Below are positions 24,581 through 37,533 of a DNA stretch of 64,000 bases, one piece after another. A program made the translations under genes and the position numbers. The notes under the pieces were generated by a model, which searched no databases, was not told where the DNA came from, and saw only the letters and a list, made by a program, of their open reading frames with translations. The first letter of the stretch is position 1, and every line of letters starts with the position of its first letter. Source of the stretch: Lama glama (Eukaryota); assembly GCA_028534125.1 (NCBI GenBank), contig CM052818.1, positions 41,604,001-41,668,000 on the forward strand, written 5' to 3'.

Positions 24581-25269
24581 TAGAAGAAGAGCAAGCAAGA
24601 GGGTCATGGGGGTTGAGTTGACATCTCTTGGGTTTCTTCCTCTCAGAGCCGTCTGGGTCTGCTTTTGATTCACAGCCCTAAATTCCTGATGCCTGCACTG
24701 CAGAAGCCCACGGTCCACCTGCCTAAAGGGAGCTCCTCCAGGGAACTCCGTACATCTCTGCCTTGCAGCCAGTCTCTCGCCTTGGCTTGTCTCTCTCCCC
24801 ACCCTCCAGCAGGGCTCGAGACCCCGCCCAGACTCGCAGCCCAGACTCTCAGCCCACCCACAGAACAACCAGCTTACACATGCCTCCCGCTCCGTGCGCG
24901 CTTCAGTCACTGAGTGAACGCTGAGACTCCCCGGCCCAGATTTCCCAGCCCACCACGTCTGCTGCTTTAAGAATCCCACTCCTTTACGTTAACACCAAAG
25001 TCTTGAGAAAAAGAGGCAGGAAACAGAGGACACCTGGGATTACCCTGCCAGCCCTGGAAATACCAGGACTTAAGATAAGTGCCTCTTAGGGTTTTAGAGA
25101 CGCAAGTTTATGAAAGGAAATCCTGCTTCTTGCTGTGGGGAAGGAATGCAGGGAAACCTCTTGCCCAAGAGGTGGCCCAATCAGGAAATGTCAATAATTT
25201 CAAGAGTTGTAGATGTATTCCTGGATGATAGGCTGGCGAAGGTCAAAGCAACAACACTGGAAGGTTAGA

Positions 25270-25508
25270 AATAGTCCTGATCTTCAAGGGGAGTCCTGGT
25301 CTGCAAACTGTTATTGATCTGCAATGAGATGAATAAAAAAATTGAGAGTAAGCCTTTAGAAGATTCTACAGTGATCAATACAGTTGTGATCGCAAAGTGG
25401 ATGATTATTTTCCTAGTAATTCATTTTTATTGTACTTTTAAAAAGCATCAGTTCACAACAGATTTGTGAAGATCTGGTCCGTCATCACAGATTATTTGAG
25501 AAGCATGG
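25270..25508. mobile_element. hAT-Charlie fragment (Charlie4-like)
   Basis: aaattgagagtaagcctttagaa...ctagtaattcatttttattgta...tcacagattatttgagaagcatg, terminal similarity to Charlie TIR. Confidence 0.65.
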
Positions 25509-25849
25509 GTATAGAAGACTTTCAAGGCCCGTCCATCAGAGGTCGACCCTTGTGTGGAGGGAACACAAGGTGATTGGTCCTGAGTGTCTGAGGGGTGGGG
25601 GATGGATAGGAGGAGTTAGCAGGGATTCTGCTAGTTTCCTAATCTAAACCCTAAGAGTTTCCTTGGTTGGAGTCCAGCTTCAGTTTTATGACAAACTGAT
25701 TCATTGCATAGAGTAACCCTCATTATATGCTTGTTTTAGTAGAAAGAAGAAAATAAATGTACCCTTCTGCACAGTGTTTCAGAAGGAAGGACCAATCATT
25801 GTTACTACTGTTTATTGCGTGGCAAGACCAGAATGTGAATGCTGGCTGC

Positions 25850-26235
25850 CTCAGGGCCTTTGCACCTGTTGCCCCTTCCACCTAGCAAGCACTTCCTCAA
25901 CCATGTCCCATCATGAAGACTTCCATGCTTCCCCCAGAGTTGCCCATGCATTGATTCCTGCAGGTGCCTCCCTGGCTTCTCCCCTCCACTCACTCGAGTC
26001 CTTGGCTCCCTGTGCTTCTTCTGCACAGCAAGAATAACAGCACTAACTCTGCAATCAATTGTTGAGTTTCTATCTTTCCAAAGAGTGTGAGTTTCCTGGG
26101 AGCAAAGACCTAATCTATCCTCTTCACTGTCATGTCCTCATAGCCTAGCACTGCTTGGTACACAGTGGGTGTTGATACATAGATAGAGCAAAGGAATGGG
26201 TACATAGACAAGTGAATGAATGGATGGATCCATAT
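25850..26235 (+). mobile_element. L2 3' region
   Basis: cctcagggcctttgcacctgttg...gcctagcactgcttggtacacagtgggtg...gaatgaatggatgg. Confidence 0.75.
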
Positions 26236-26379
26236 ATAATAGATTCTCCCCCATAACTGAATAAATGGTCTCTCTTCCCACTTTCCTCTCCCTGCCACAC
26301 ATAAATTCTGGCTTCGCCAACACTGAAAGAAAACAGTCAACAGGCTCCAGATTCTAATTCCTTGCTAGCAGAGCGTCAT

Positions 26380-27000
26380 CCTGTGCTGACACAGAAAACC
26401 TGGCCTGGTTCCCCACCCCTCGCCCCACCCCTTCGAGAGTGATTCCTGGAGAGCGAGCAACAGTCATAATCACTTTCTATCATAATGTAAATTTGCAAAC
26501 CTTTGTGATGTCCCAGTCCAATTTTCTGTGAAGAAACATACACCCAGATAGTCTTTAAATCCTGAACAATGTTTTGTTTCATTTTGCAGATGTTTAAGAA
26601 ATGGGAAGCAGGCATTGTTAGTAACAGAAGGAGAGCAGCCGCCTGTGTAAAGCCCAGAGCGCTGGGTCTGTGCGCGCGCATTCACCGCCGTTAATGATCG
26701 TAGGAGTGAGGTGCATAATGGGTGTTCCTATAAATCTATCTGGAGGATAATATACCCCTTAATTTAAAATGGCTGATAAAGTGTGAATAAAGGCCTCTCG
26801 TCTTTACCACTTCTCATTTCTATCAAGAAGGAAATCGCGTAAATTTTAGGGCGTAAACTAATTAACTGTGCATATGGACTTGGAGGGCTGATGCTTTGTG
26901 CATAAGAAGTTATTCCTAAATCTACATTCATAGGAGGCCGGAGCTCTGGGACGGTGGAGCCCTGGATGTGACTGAACTTCAGGGTGCTGGCTTTGATGGG
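26380..27000. promoter_or_regulatory. Candidate enhancer / conserved non-coding element
   Basis: No repeat recognised, CpGs retained, POU-, SOX-, homeobox-, GATA- and TCF-like motifs. Inference only. Confidence 0.45.
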
Positions 27001-28739
27001 AAGAGGCTGTCTGCTTACCTCTTGACAAAGGAGAGGAGTCGCTAAGACAGTGGTAGGGAGCAAAGAACTGGGGACCAAGGCAAACAAAAGGACTAGAGGA
27101 AAGGGATGAAGTCCTTTGAAAGACTTCAAGTGTCTGCTACATCGCCTTCAAAACCTGACCACACGCTGAGTGACCTGAAACTTGCTCATAGCAGCGATTC
27201 GGCTAGAAAGCAGATTTCTCGGAGATCCATAATTTGGAAATCTGACTATGTTTAGAGAGCAGAAATGGGCAAAAAGAGAGTACAAAGAGATTTTGATTTA
27301 ATCTAAACATACAGAAGATAAACATGCTTTCCACTTGCTATATTGTTTTTAATTTATTATTCACCTACTTCTTGATGTTTACCAGACCCTTCTGGCTAAT
27401 GTCGACATTAACTGATGTTTGGTCTTTAGCTGTGACATATATAATTAACAAACAAGATAAATACACGTTTTTGCCATTCTGATATAAGTGATGTAATTAG
27501 ATATTTTTCTTTACATTCTTTTCTTTGGGAGATATTCACAATCAGCAAAAGGATAATTAAAACAACAAACTGATATGTTTCCAGAATACAACAAAGGAGG
27601 CAATTTCTATAAAAAGCCACTAATTCAAAAACTAAAAAAATTATTTGATTTGGTTTCTTCATAAACACGCAATGAAGATGTGTTCAGTTAAACTGAGTTG
27701 AAAATCCAAGGAAATTCAAAGAAGTGCTTTTCAAATGTCAGAAAGTTGGAAGTGACTCATATTCACCATGTCCATTTAGTTTGAGGGGAAAAAAAAAGTA
27801 TTTGTCTTCCATTATTTCTTCTTTTCCCCTCCGAAATTAGATGAAGGTTATACAGTCTTATCAAGACAGACTCTTTTGGCTGCTTAAATTACATGAACAA
27901 TATAAAGCAGAGAGATCCTTTTCAGGAGAGGAATAAGGAAGAAAAAAAAAAAAAACTTGAGAACTTCTGTTTCCGGCAGAGCCATGAGTGACAGAGCCAG
28001 GTTCAAGGGCAGCGGCACTGTCACCACTCAGGGGTGGAATTATATCATTTTTGTCATTTAGCAATTTCACTTTTGTGACGTTCCCTTCTCCCCTCCACTC
28101 CCAAGTCCCCAAGTTGGCTTTTTTTTTTTTAATTTTTTGGTCATTCCAGATGTTCCCTGGATACCTCTTGATTTTTGAACCAATGCAGTAAATCTAGTGT
28201 ATTTCCAGCTTGAAAGTGACTCGCTCCACCTCTGCTGCCTAACTTGGTGGCTTTGCTAACAGGAGTCGGGCTTAAGCAACACGTGACTCTAAGGCATGTC
28301 TGTAAAAAAACGCCCATGGAGGAGACTCATAATAGTGCTTTTTCAAAGTGCAATAAAACACCCAAATCTACCAAGAGCTAGTGGGCCCTTGCACATGACA
28401 ATTAAATATTAACAGGCCCCGGGGCCCTGGGAGCAGGGCCCAGCAAGTCTTTGAAGCCCTGTTTGCCAATTAAACACCGGCTGACACTAGCGTCAAGGTG
28501 GCAGGGATCCAAAGCAGAGATAGACACGTCAACCACTTCAGGGGCATTCATTAGCTCCCTAGACATTCCTGGCGTGGCCTGTGTCTTTACTATTGCCAAA
28601 TCCACACCCTGCTCGGGAACTCAGGGGCTCTGAGAAAGTTTACTCAGATAAGCTTCTTATGGAAATAGCACTTTGTCACCGTTTACTACTCACTCCTTGT
28701 TCAATTATCTTTTATCTGTGTCGAGTATTTGCCAGCTCT

Positions 28740-29240
28740 CTCAAGGTTCCCGGGGATGAAGGCATTGGGCTGAAAGCCCCCGCTGGGGCTGCGGTGGGGG
28801 CAGACGAGGTACCACTCCGTGCTTGCCTCCCTGGTCCAGGAATGCCGGGCTGTCTCCAGAGCTTTGGAAACCGCTGAGAGAACCCGAGTAAAAGATCTCC
28901 TGTCTTCTGATCGCGGCACAGCTCCCTGCCCTGGAGACGGAGACCCGGGTTCTCTGCGGCCACATAGCCCGCAGAATGGGGACGGGGTGTCATGTTGATG
29001 ATAACGGCGAGCATCGTCGAGCGTGTGTTACCACGGTTGAGCGTTGAGCGGGAAATTTCACTCAGCCCTCCCCCCACCACGCTTCCTACAAGGTGCTCTC
29101 TCTCCTCACTTATCCAGAGCTCTGGAACCAACATAATTCCAATAATTGAGGTTTTTATTGATGACCTCAGTCAAATCCCGATCCTGCCCCCACCCCCGCC
29201 CCCGCCCCACCAATACTTCCTGCTGAGTCATCTGAGTCTG
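28740..29240. promoter_or_regulatory. Small orphan CpG-rich block with GC boxes and an NF-E2/NRF2 (ARE/MARE) site
   Basis: About 24 CpGs in 28741-29100 by hand count, ccccgcccc GC boxes 29194-29208, TGCTGAGTCAT 29221-29231. Confidence 0.5.
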
Positions 29241-29327
29241 TCATTACTGGGAATCGCACTTGGGCATTCCAATGCTTTCAAATTTAATGCGGCTCAGGTG
29301 CCAGGATACAAGCTGCACTTTGGCTGC

Positions 29328-29852
29328 CGTGGTGGTTTTAAAATATGCCCACAAATCCTTTGATACCACTCCCATCAAGAGGTGATTAATTTCCCTCCCC
29401 TGGAATGTGAGCTGAACTAAACGACTGACTTCTAATGAACAGGATGGGGCAGAGATGACGGCGTGTGACTTCTGGGCAGTAGGTCACAAAAGACATTTTG
29501 GCTGCCATCTTGCTCTTTCTCTCCTACCGCTTGCTCAGGGGGAAGCCAGTTGCAACGTCCTGAGGACACTCAAGAAGCCCTATGGCGAGGCCCATGTGGT
29601 GAGAAACAGGCCTCCCATCAATGGCCAGCGAAGAACGGGGGCTTCTACCCAAACCCACGTGACTGAGCTTAGACACAGATCCCGCCGCCCTGGTCAAGCT
29701 TTGGCTTTACTGGTTCCAGTCAACAACTGAACCAGAACTGTTCAGCTGATCGACTCCCGAATTCCTGACCTACAGAAACTGTGAGATAATTTTTATTGTT
29801 TAAGCCACTATTTGGGATAATTAGCTATGCAGCAATGGATATAACTAAGACA
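29328..29852 (+). mobile_element. MLT1F/G-type MaLR solo LTR
   Basis: gtggtggttttaaaatatgcccacaaatcctttgataccactcccatcaagagg...cctgacctacagaaactgtgagataa...gctatgcagcaatggatataactaagaca. Confidence 0.85.
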
Positions 29853-29899
29853 CTTGCCTCAACTCATTGCTGAGAACTTGCTAAAAGCTCCCAGGGCAG

Positions 29900-30090
29900 A
29901 GAGTCAAAGATCCTGAGTTCTGCTGTCAGCTTCATCATTTACAGGCTGTGTGACCTTGGAAAATCTACCTGCCTGTTCTGGACTTTTGACTCCTCTGGGG
30001 AAACGTGCTCTTCTTTCCTCGTACAGTTGGCGTGAGAGTTGGATGAAATATTTTGAGAAAGCGGAAGTTTTCTGATATCATAATTGTCCT
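29900..30090 (+). mobile_element. MIR
   Basis: gagtcaaagatcctgagttc...ggctgtgtgaccttggaaaa. Confidence 0.65.
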
Positions 30091-30859
30091 TTTACTATGC
30101 AGAGTTTTGGCATCTCAAAGCAATCCATCCCCAAACTTTCTCCCTGTCACAGTCCCAAACCACGAATCGCACCCATACAAAGCAGGGGCAGTGCACTTTT
30201 GCCTTCATTGGCTGCCTTGTCGGGTTCATGCCTGGGAGGACCAAAGAAGTGCCACGTTCATAGCAATCACTGACTGGGAAAGTACCATATTGACCCCAAC
30301 TGGGAAGAGTATGGTAAACAGACTCTCAGAGAAAAAGATGACCACACAGTTCCCTTGAAGAGACAGAAGATGCAGGAATGCCGACTGGGCTACATGCAAG
30401 TTGGCAGCACTCACCTCAATGAAGGCAAAACAGTGCCTGGTCTTTTAACTCTGATGGTCTCCTTGGCCTGTATGATATGACCTGTTTCCATTTTGTCATC
30501 TCTCCATCATCCAGAACACCCATCCCACCTTTTGCCAGGACGTCAGTTAACAGAGACACATAGTATGTGTGTCAGCACCCAGTATGTGCACCCAAGGGGC
30601 ACATGAGACATTCATGTCAAGGTTCGAGGACTGTTCCAGGCTGAAGATACCAGCAGCCCAGGATCCACCCTCTTCTGGGCCTAGCTCCGCCTTGTGCCTT
30701 CAAACATCCATCAGATTAATCATTTCTCTTCAAACGAGGCATTCTCACTTTTGTCCCTGTTTAGACTGTCCCTATTCTAATTATTTAAAACAAATTTTTG
30801 TGCATAACATACACAATGCTGGTCCTTCTTCTTTCTCAAGTAACCCAAATTATTTTCAG

Positions 30860-31300
30860 AAAGTCACCCCCTTACAAGCCCACTACATCTTCTGCTCCAA
30901 GAGCAAAGCCTGATTGGTACCAGCCAGTCAGGGTAATCTCCCTTTCCCACCAGCGATTGGTTTAGTATTGGACGTGTGATGGAATCTCTGGTCAATGAGC
31001 AATACAGGAAAATCCACTGGGGGAATTTTAGGAATGTTTATCTTGCTCCTAAGAAGGAGGCAGAGAAAGACTTATTCTTCCTCTGGGCTTTTTGTCCTGC
31101 CTGCATTTGGCTCCTGGAACTGCTGTGTTATGGTGAGAGTATCCCAAGTTCAGAGGAGGACAGAACTGAGAGTGACTGCAGAGAAGCAGAGATGGAGTCC
31201 CAGTGCTAAGATGCCGGGAGTCTGCTCCTCTGATGCATCTTCATTACGTGGGAGAACTGTTTTGCTATCGTAACCAATTTGAGTCAGGATGCTCTGGCTC
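30860..31300 (+). mobile_element. LTR16/LTR33-like ERVL LTR
   Basis: cctgattggtaccagccagtcagggtaatctcc...cagcgattggtttag...ctggtcaatgag. Confidence 0.6.
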
Positions 31301-33699
31301 CAGATAAACCAGGCTTCAGGGCCAGGGCAAAGTCCACTTCTTCCAAGATGCCCTCAGAGATGCACTCACTCTTCCAGACTCTTCTCACCTGAGAGTTCCA
31401 GTGCCACTGCTCAGGCTGGCAGCTCCATTGGTGGCTCCACTGAGCTCACATGGCTGTGAGCCATCATTCAACTTTTAGTGTATTATATCCTCACTCATCC
31501 TCATCACCCACCACACTGAGAGCCTTAAGGAACATGGGCAGGTTACCAGTGTCTGTATCCCCAAACCGCAAGTGACCAGGTTTGATCAAGCCCGAAAGCT
31601 TCTGTTGAACCATCCGTTAAGCCAATGGAATCCTTACAGTTCCATGACTTAGGAAGGCATGTCAGTGACTCCTCACACAGTATGTAACATTTGTTCTCAG
31701 ATATTGCCATCTCTGCTCATTTAGAGGAACAGCTAGCATCAATTGATTCTAAATGGGTGAATCGGTAGACAAAGCCACTATTGGTTATTTTTTCCTAAAT
31801 ATGTGAGTTGAAAAATTGTGGAACCCACCTCAAATTTGGTGAAAATCGAGCAAAATAATGCATGCAAAACTCCAGCAGAGTGCGTGGCATACAGTCAGAG
31901 ATCAATAAATAGCAGGGGTTTGATAGAATGTGTGACCCCTGGATAGTACACACAGGCCAGATTAGCCAAATCACTTGAAAGGGAAAACCATTCAAAGGAA
32001 TTAATATTAAGCAATGAACTATCTAGACCTTTGCTAAGAAAAGAGATGAATTGTGGAGAATGACTGAAGCTTTAATAGATGACATGAAAAGCTGGCCTGT
32101 GTCACTGTCCTGATTCTTAAGAGCTCCAAGTGAAGGTTTTATTCTGTTATGATCAGGGGAGGTAATAAAATGCCCATAATTCAGAAATCAAATTCTCTCT
32201 TCCACCTAGGGCCAGAATGGAAATATGTCATTGTTTCCCATGACTGAGTGCTGGTCTGTACTCTTTATTCTTCCTAATAGAAATTTCCTTGAGCAAGGAA
32301 AGTGGAGAGAATGGGCTCAGATGGATGAAACTCATCATTGTTGACCATGAGTGGTACACTTTCCCAATCTTTGAGGTGCCCAAAGGATGGGGACTCTTGA
32401 AAAATTCTCCTTTATTCTTAAACTGAAATTAGAAATTAGTGTTGGTATTGGATTCAGTTTTGCAACCAATGTTCCCAACTTCCTTCTCTCTCCTCCACCA
32501 AAAGCAAATTTACGATGACCCAATATGAAACCAGAAAGAATTGTTTCTGAGGATTGTGGTTGAGAAGAGCACACCAGAGACCAAGCCTGGAGTTTAGGTT
32601 TGATGCCCACGAGAGCTTGTCGTTTGTCACAGAACAAACGTTTTAGCTTCATATCGAACAAACTACTCCATGGGCAAAGAGGACCATTAGTCACATTGGT
32701 CAAGGGGACTTGGGCCAGAGTGCAGTGGCTCACGTTTTGACTGTGGTTCTTTACAGACTGTAAGGTCCTGGAGACAGACACAGCCTCGTGTCATGTCTGA
32801 CTTGATACCACATATCTCAGGGTAATTGACCACCTCGCCAAAGGTTCGTGCATTAAATGGTTGTTCCTCTGATCTGAACTTCCCCTTCACAAGGCCAATG
32901 TGGCGTTCCATGTTTCATCGTTTAGTTTAATAAATTTAGAAATGGTAGATCTCATAGGAAATTGAAACAAAATGAGAAAGGTTCTGAAATATGCATAAGC
33001 TTTAGATATTTCTCTTTAGCTATATTACTCCGAACATTTTACGGGAGTGAATTAGTCACTGAGGGCTGAGCAAGAGAGGAGAGAGAAAATGTGTTAGTCT
33101 TCTTTCCCCACTGAGTAACATTTAAATACACTGAAGATCCCCAAATCTGCGTATATGCCAGCATGCTTCTGAGCCAGTTGTTTGAGGGACCACTTAAAAA
33201 AAAATCTAAAGAATGAAAAACTATTAAGAACATACTGGACAAAAATATTTGAGGACCCTGTGGAGATAAAATACATATTCAATTTATAGATTCATTATGC
33301 TTTATAAGCAAATTGGGTAATACCTACAGCTGCAAAGGAATATTACAGAACCTTCATATTATGATGTTTCTTACCTTCTATTTGCAAAGAAAAGTGCTGG
33401 AGTAAGGCTTAAAGTTTATTATTGATAACAGTCCACGGAAGAGTTCGATGAGTTTGCGTCTCTAGTGGAAAATTCAAAACTTAGAAAATTCACAAATATT
33501 TTTTCCTTACTGTGCTAATCTCTGTCAAACATCATGGCTGAAAATGAGGCTCCTACGGGAGTCTTTCCTAAAACCAGAATGTTGAATCCAACCCCATTTG
33601 TTACACAGACCAGTACATCCCCATGGGGCTGTGATGATAGTTTTATTGTACGCTGCCATCTGCTTCAAGGCAGTAACTCGTCCTTTCCATTCAAATGTT

Positions 33700-34200
33700 A
33701 GTTGAGTCTCGCACCAGCATCACATATTTAATTTACTCTCTGGAAGGGAAATCCCTCCACATTCTTCTACTTAAAAATAATAATTTTAAATAAACAAAAT
33801 TTTTTAAATTATCTGCTGGTTCTCCAGATGAATTGATCAAGATTTTTGAAATCTTTATAGAATATTCGACATGGATATTGTATTCAATATGTAAATCAGT
33901 TTTCAAAGAATTGATCTCTTCACAATATGTTCTCTTCCTGTTAAGGGTTACCATATTTTTTCTTCCATTCACTCTTTTTTTTTCGTATCAGTCAGTACCA
34001 TTGTCAGTTTCAATATTTTTTGGTTCTCAGCACATTTCTTATTCAGGTTACTATCGGGTATTTTGTATTATTTTGTTTATGAATATACTGACTTCTTGTT
34101 ATAGCATCTGTTTATTGCTGAGATATAGGATTTTCAACTAATATTAGATAATCTGCCTTTTATCGAACTCAATAATTCAAGAGAATTTGCATTGATTATG
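33700..34200 (-). mobile_element. Old L1 remnant
   Basis: T-rich, strongly strand-skewed degenerate sequence typical of antisense old L1. Confidence 0.45.
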
Positions 34201-34279
34201 TTTGATTTTGGGGGAAATAACTGTCTTGCCAGTAGATAAGAGCATTGGGCCCCTCCTTCTCAATACTTTTCTCTTAATT

Positions 34280-34960
34280 CTGCTTCATCTGCTATCGTAT
34301 TGGTTGGACCTGTCTGCTTCTCTCCACCTCCATCACCACCACCACGCTTGTCCAAGTTCACATCAAATCCCATCCTCACAGAGATCGTAGCTCCCTAACA
34401 CGTCTGCTCACCTTCCCACTGGCCGCTTCTGATCTACTCTCACTCCTGCAGCAGGGACTATCTTATCAACATGGAATGACCATGCCGCCCGGATCCATGA
34501 ATACAACATCTTCCTGTTTCTTTCATGATACAGACACAGCTCTCTACTACATACAGCCTGCAATCCGCCGTGACTGGTCCTCATTTATCGTAGCAGCCTC
34601 AGTCCACACTACCTCCCACCTCTCTGAACTCCAGTTTCACTGACCTTTGCCCCCTCCTATAACACTTCATTCCTACTCACTACTCCATGGACTCTTCTCA
34701 GTAAACTCCTAACATCTTTCCACCTGTCCTCTGCTCACTTTCTCTCTGTCAATGCTCAAATTACATATGCTCAGAGTATCCACGGAGCTCTCCTCGGTGG
34801 CATTCACCACTAATACAAGTTTACATATTACTATCTATTTCCCTTCCAGACTGTAAGCTCCGTGAGGCCAGATACCATGTCTCTTTTTGCACACCATTTT
34901 GGCCCCAACACTTAACATAATACCTGTTACATCATAGGCCAGGTTGATTGAACAAGATGC
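34280..34960 (+). mobile_element. L2 3' portion
   Basis: ccttccagactgtaagctccgtgaggccagataccatgtctc...acttaacataatacctgttacatcatagg. Confidence 0.8.
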
Positions 34961-36477
34961 ATCACATCTGCCAAAAAAAAAAAAGTTATATAATAATTGT
35001 GATAGAGGGCATTTCTATTTTATTTTGAATTTTAGAAAGAATGCCCATAATATTTCATCATTTAGTATGTTTGCAGTCAGCTGCTGATTTTAACATATTC
35101 TTTTTCATGTTAAGGAGATCGGCTTCAGCTCCTAAATCACTGTCTCTCCGCAAGGGCGCAGGTTGAAGCCCCTCCTCAGGTCACTAGTCCCAGGTCTCTC
35201 TTCTGTCCCCACCGTGGTGCTGTGCTTTGAGTGCTTATATCTCCCAGGAAGCAATCTGTTGCCAATTCCCTTCTGCCATTTGTCATTCATTCTTTGACAA
35301 ACAGAGTCTCTCACCAGATATTAAATGGAAGCCTCTGATGCGGACAGTGGAGAGCAATAATGCTGCATAAAATTTTTTGAAATGGGTTGCCTCAAAAATG
35401 AACATCAGAAGAAGGACTGTATAAAGCTGCAGTTTGCAGTCACAGAAGGTTCAGATTCCCACGGTGCAGCCCGCAGGGAGGAGCACTGGCGCTCCCCGTC
35501 TTCTCCCAGGATCGCTGCATTGGTCTCTTTCAGGGGCAACACCGGCCAATGACAAATCCTGTTTCTCAGCATATCTGCCGCGTGTCAGGGTGATCGAATT
35601 TCATCCCAGAGTCTCACAGGAGTTCCACTGTCTTTTTAATGTGAGATTCTGAGAGCCTATGTGAGGTGCTGTTAGGTGGCATTTTGAAGCAAAATTTTAA
35701 AATAATTTCTAGAACCATGAATGCCCCCTTTAAGTGGAGGGCAGGAGAGGGACACAGAGATTGGCTCTCAAATAACCAATAGGTGCTCCCTGAAGAGTGG
35801 GCACTGATGAGGGAAAATGAGACAGAAGGAAGTCTCTAGAAAGCTGGGACTTGAAACAGGGAAGGGTTGAAAAGTAGGAGACTGACATCATAAAGCACCA
35901 CTAAGTTCTGAGATTCTTCAAATCAGACAAGAGAGTGTAACCTCAAACTCTCTGTTCTCCAGGACTTATGAGTAGCTCACTCCTAGAAAACAAACATACA
36001 GACTTGGCTATGAAGTAGAATGTCTATTCCATTAAAACTCTTACCCCATCCGACCATTGGAAAGCTGTGTTCCTGGATGATATCCTGTTGGCCTCATTCT
36101 CATCAATCCTGTGAAGTGTGCTTTGGCATCGTAAGTGTCAACACCAAGCAATTTAGCACTCTACTGTTCTTATTTTAAAATGTGGATAGTAGACTTGGTT
36201 CAGAACAGCATGGTGAGTTGTCTTTCCAGGGCTGGCCCAGGAGAAATTTCTCCTTTTCTCATTTCTAATGCTCTTCCTGAGCAATTGGTGTACTTCCATC
36301 ACATGTGACTGATTGAACTGTGTAACTGATCATCCTTTCCTCTTCACTGGCTACTAGAAAATTCAGGGTCTAAACTGCAGCTCAACATAAATGCAAGACT
36401 TTAGAATGTACAACTGGATATTAACACTTCTCTTCTAATTTTGCAAGGTTTATTGTGTTAGCAAACATATCCCTTTA

Positions 36478-37533
36478 CTTAATTTCCAGAATACGCAAAG
36501 AGCTCATACAACACAATAACACACGCACACACAAATACCAAACAATCCAATCCAAAAATAGGCAGAAGACCTAACAAACATTTCTCCAATGAGGACATAT
36601 CAATGGCCACTAGGCCCATGAAAAAATGCTCAGTATCACTAACTATCAGAGAATTGTAAATCAAAACTACAGTGAGGTATCACCTCACACAGTTCAGAAT
36701 GACCATCATTAAAAAGTCCACAAACAATTTATGCTAGAGAGGGTGTGGAGAAAAGGGAACCCTCCTACACTGTTGGTGGGAAGGTAGTTTGGTGCAGCCA
36801 TTAGAGAAAAGTACAGAGATTGCTTGAAAAACTGAAAATAGTGTCACCGTGTAATTTAACAACCCCACTCCTAGGCATATATCCAGACAAAACTCTAATG
36901 TGAAAAGATACATGCACCTCAATGTTCACAGAAGCAGTATTTAGCCAAAACATGGAAGCAATCTAAATGTCCATTGACAGATGGCTGGATAAAGAGGATA
37001 TGTGTATATATATATATATATATACACACACATACATACGTACATACACACACAATGGAATACTACTTGGCCATAAAAAAGAATAAAATAATGCCATTTG
37101 CAGCAACATGGATGGACCTGGAGATTGTCATCCTAAGTGAAGTAAACCAGAAAGACAAAGAACAGTACCATATGATACCACTTATAACTGAAATCTGAAA
37201 AAAAAAAAAAAGGACACAAATGAACTTATTTACAAAACAGAGACAGACTCAACAGACATAGAAAACAAACTAATGGTTACTGGGGGGAAGAGGGTGGGAA
37301 GGATAAATTCAAAATTCTGGATTTGTATATACTACTATATATAAAATTGATAAACAACAAGGTCCTACTGTATAGCACATGGAACTATATTCAAATACCT
37401 TGAAATGAAAAAGAATATGAAAAAGAATATATATATGTATAAACAAATCACTATGCTGTACACCACAAACTAATACAAATTGTAAATCTACTATATTCAA
37501 TTTTTAAAAAATAAAAAGAAGAAGAAAACAAAA
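36478..37533 (+). mobile_element. 5'-truncated artiodactyl L1 (ORF2 C-terminus + 3'UTR), about 1 kb
   Basis: gagagggtgtggagaaaagggaaccctcctacactgttggtggg (ORF2 Cys-rich region), aataatgccatttgcagcaacatggatggacctggag, 3'UTR and A tail. Internal (TA)n/(CA)n at about 37000-37053. Confidence 0.92.

Noticed and set aside
28581..29363. Overlapping 70-140 aa ORFs on both strands in the CpG-rich block
   Set aside because: Expected in GC-rich DNA; no homology recognised and no consistent exon structure
36479..37500. Several ORFs over the L1 (e.g. KKNKIMPFAATWMDLE)
   Set aside because: Broken L1 ORF2/3'UTR remnants, not host genes
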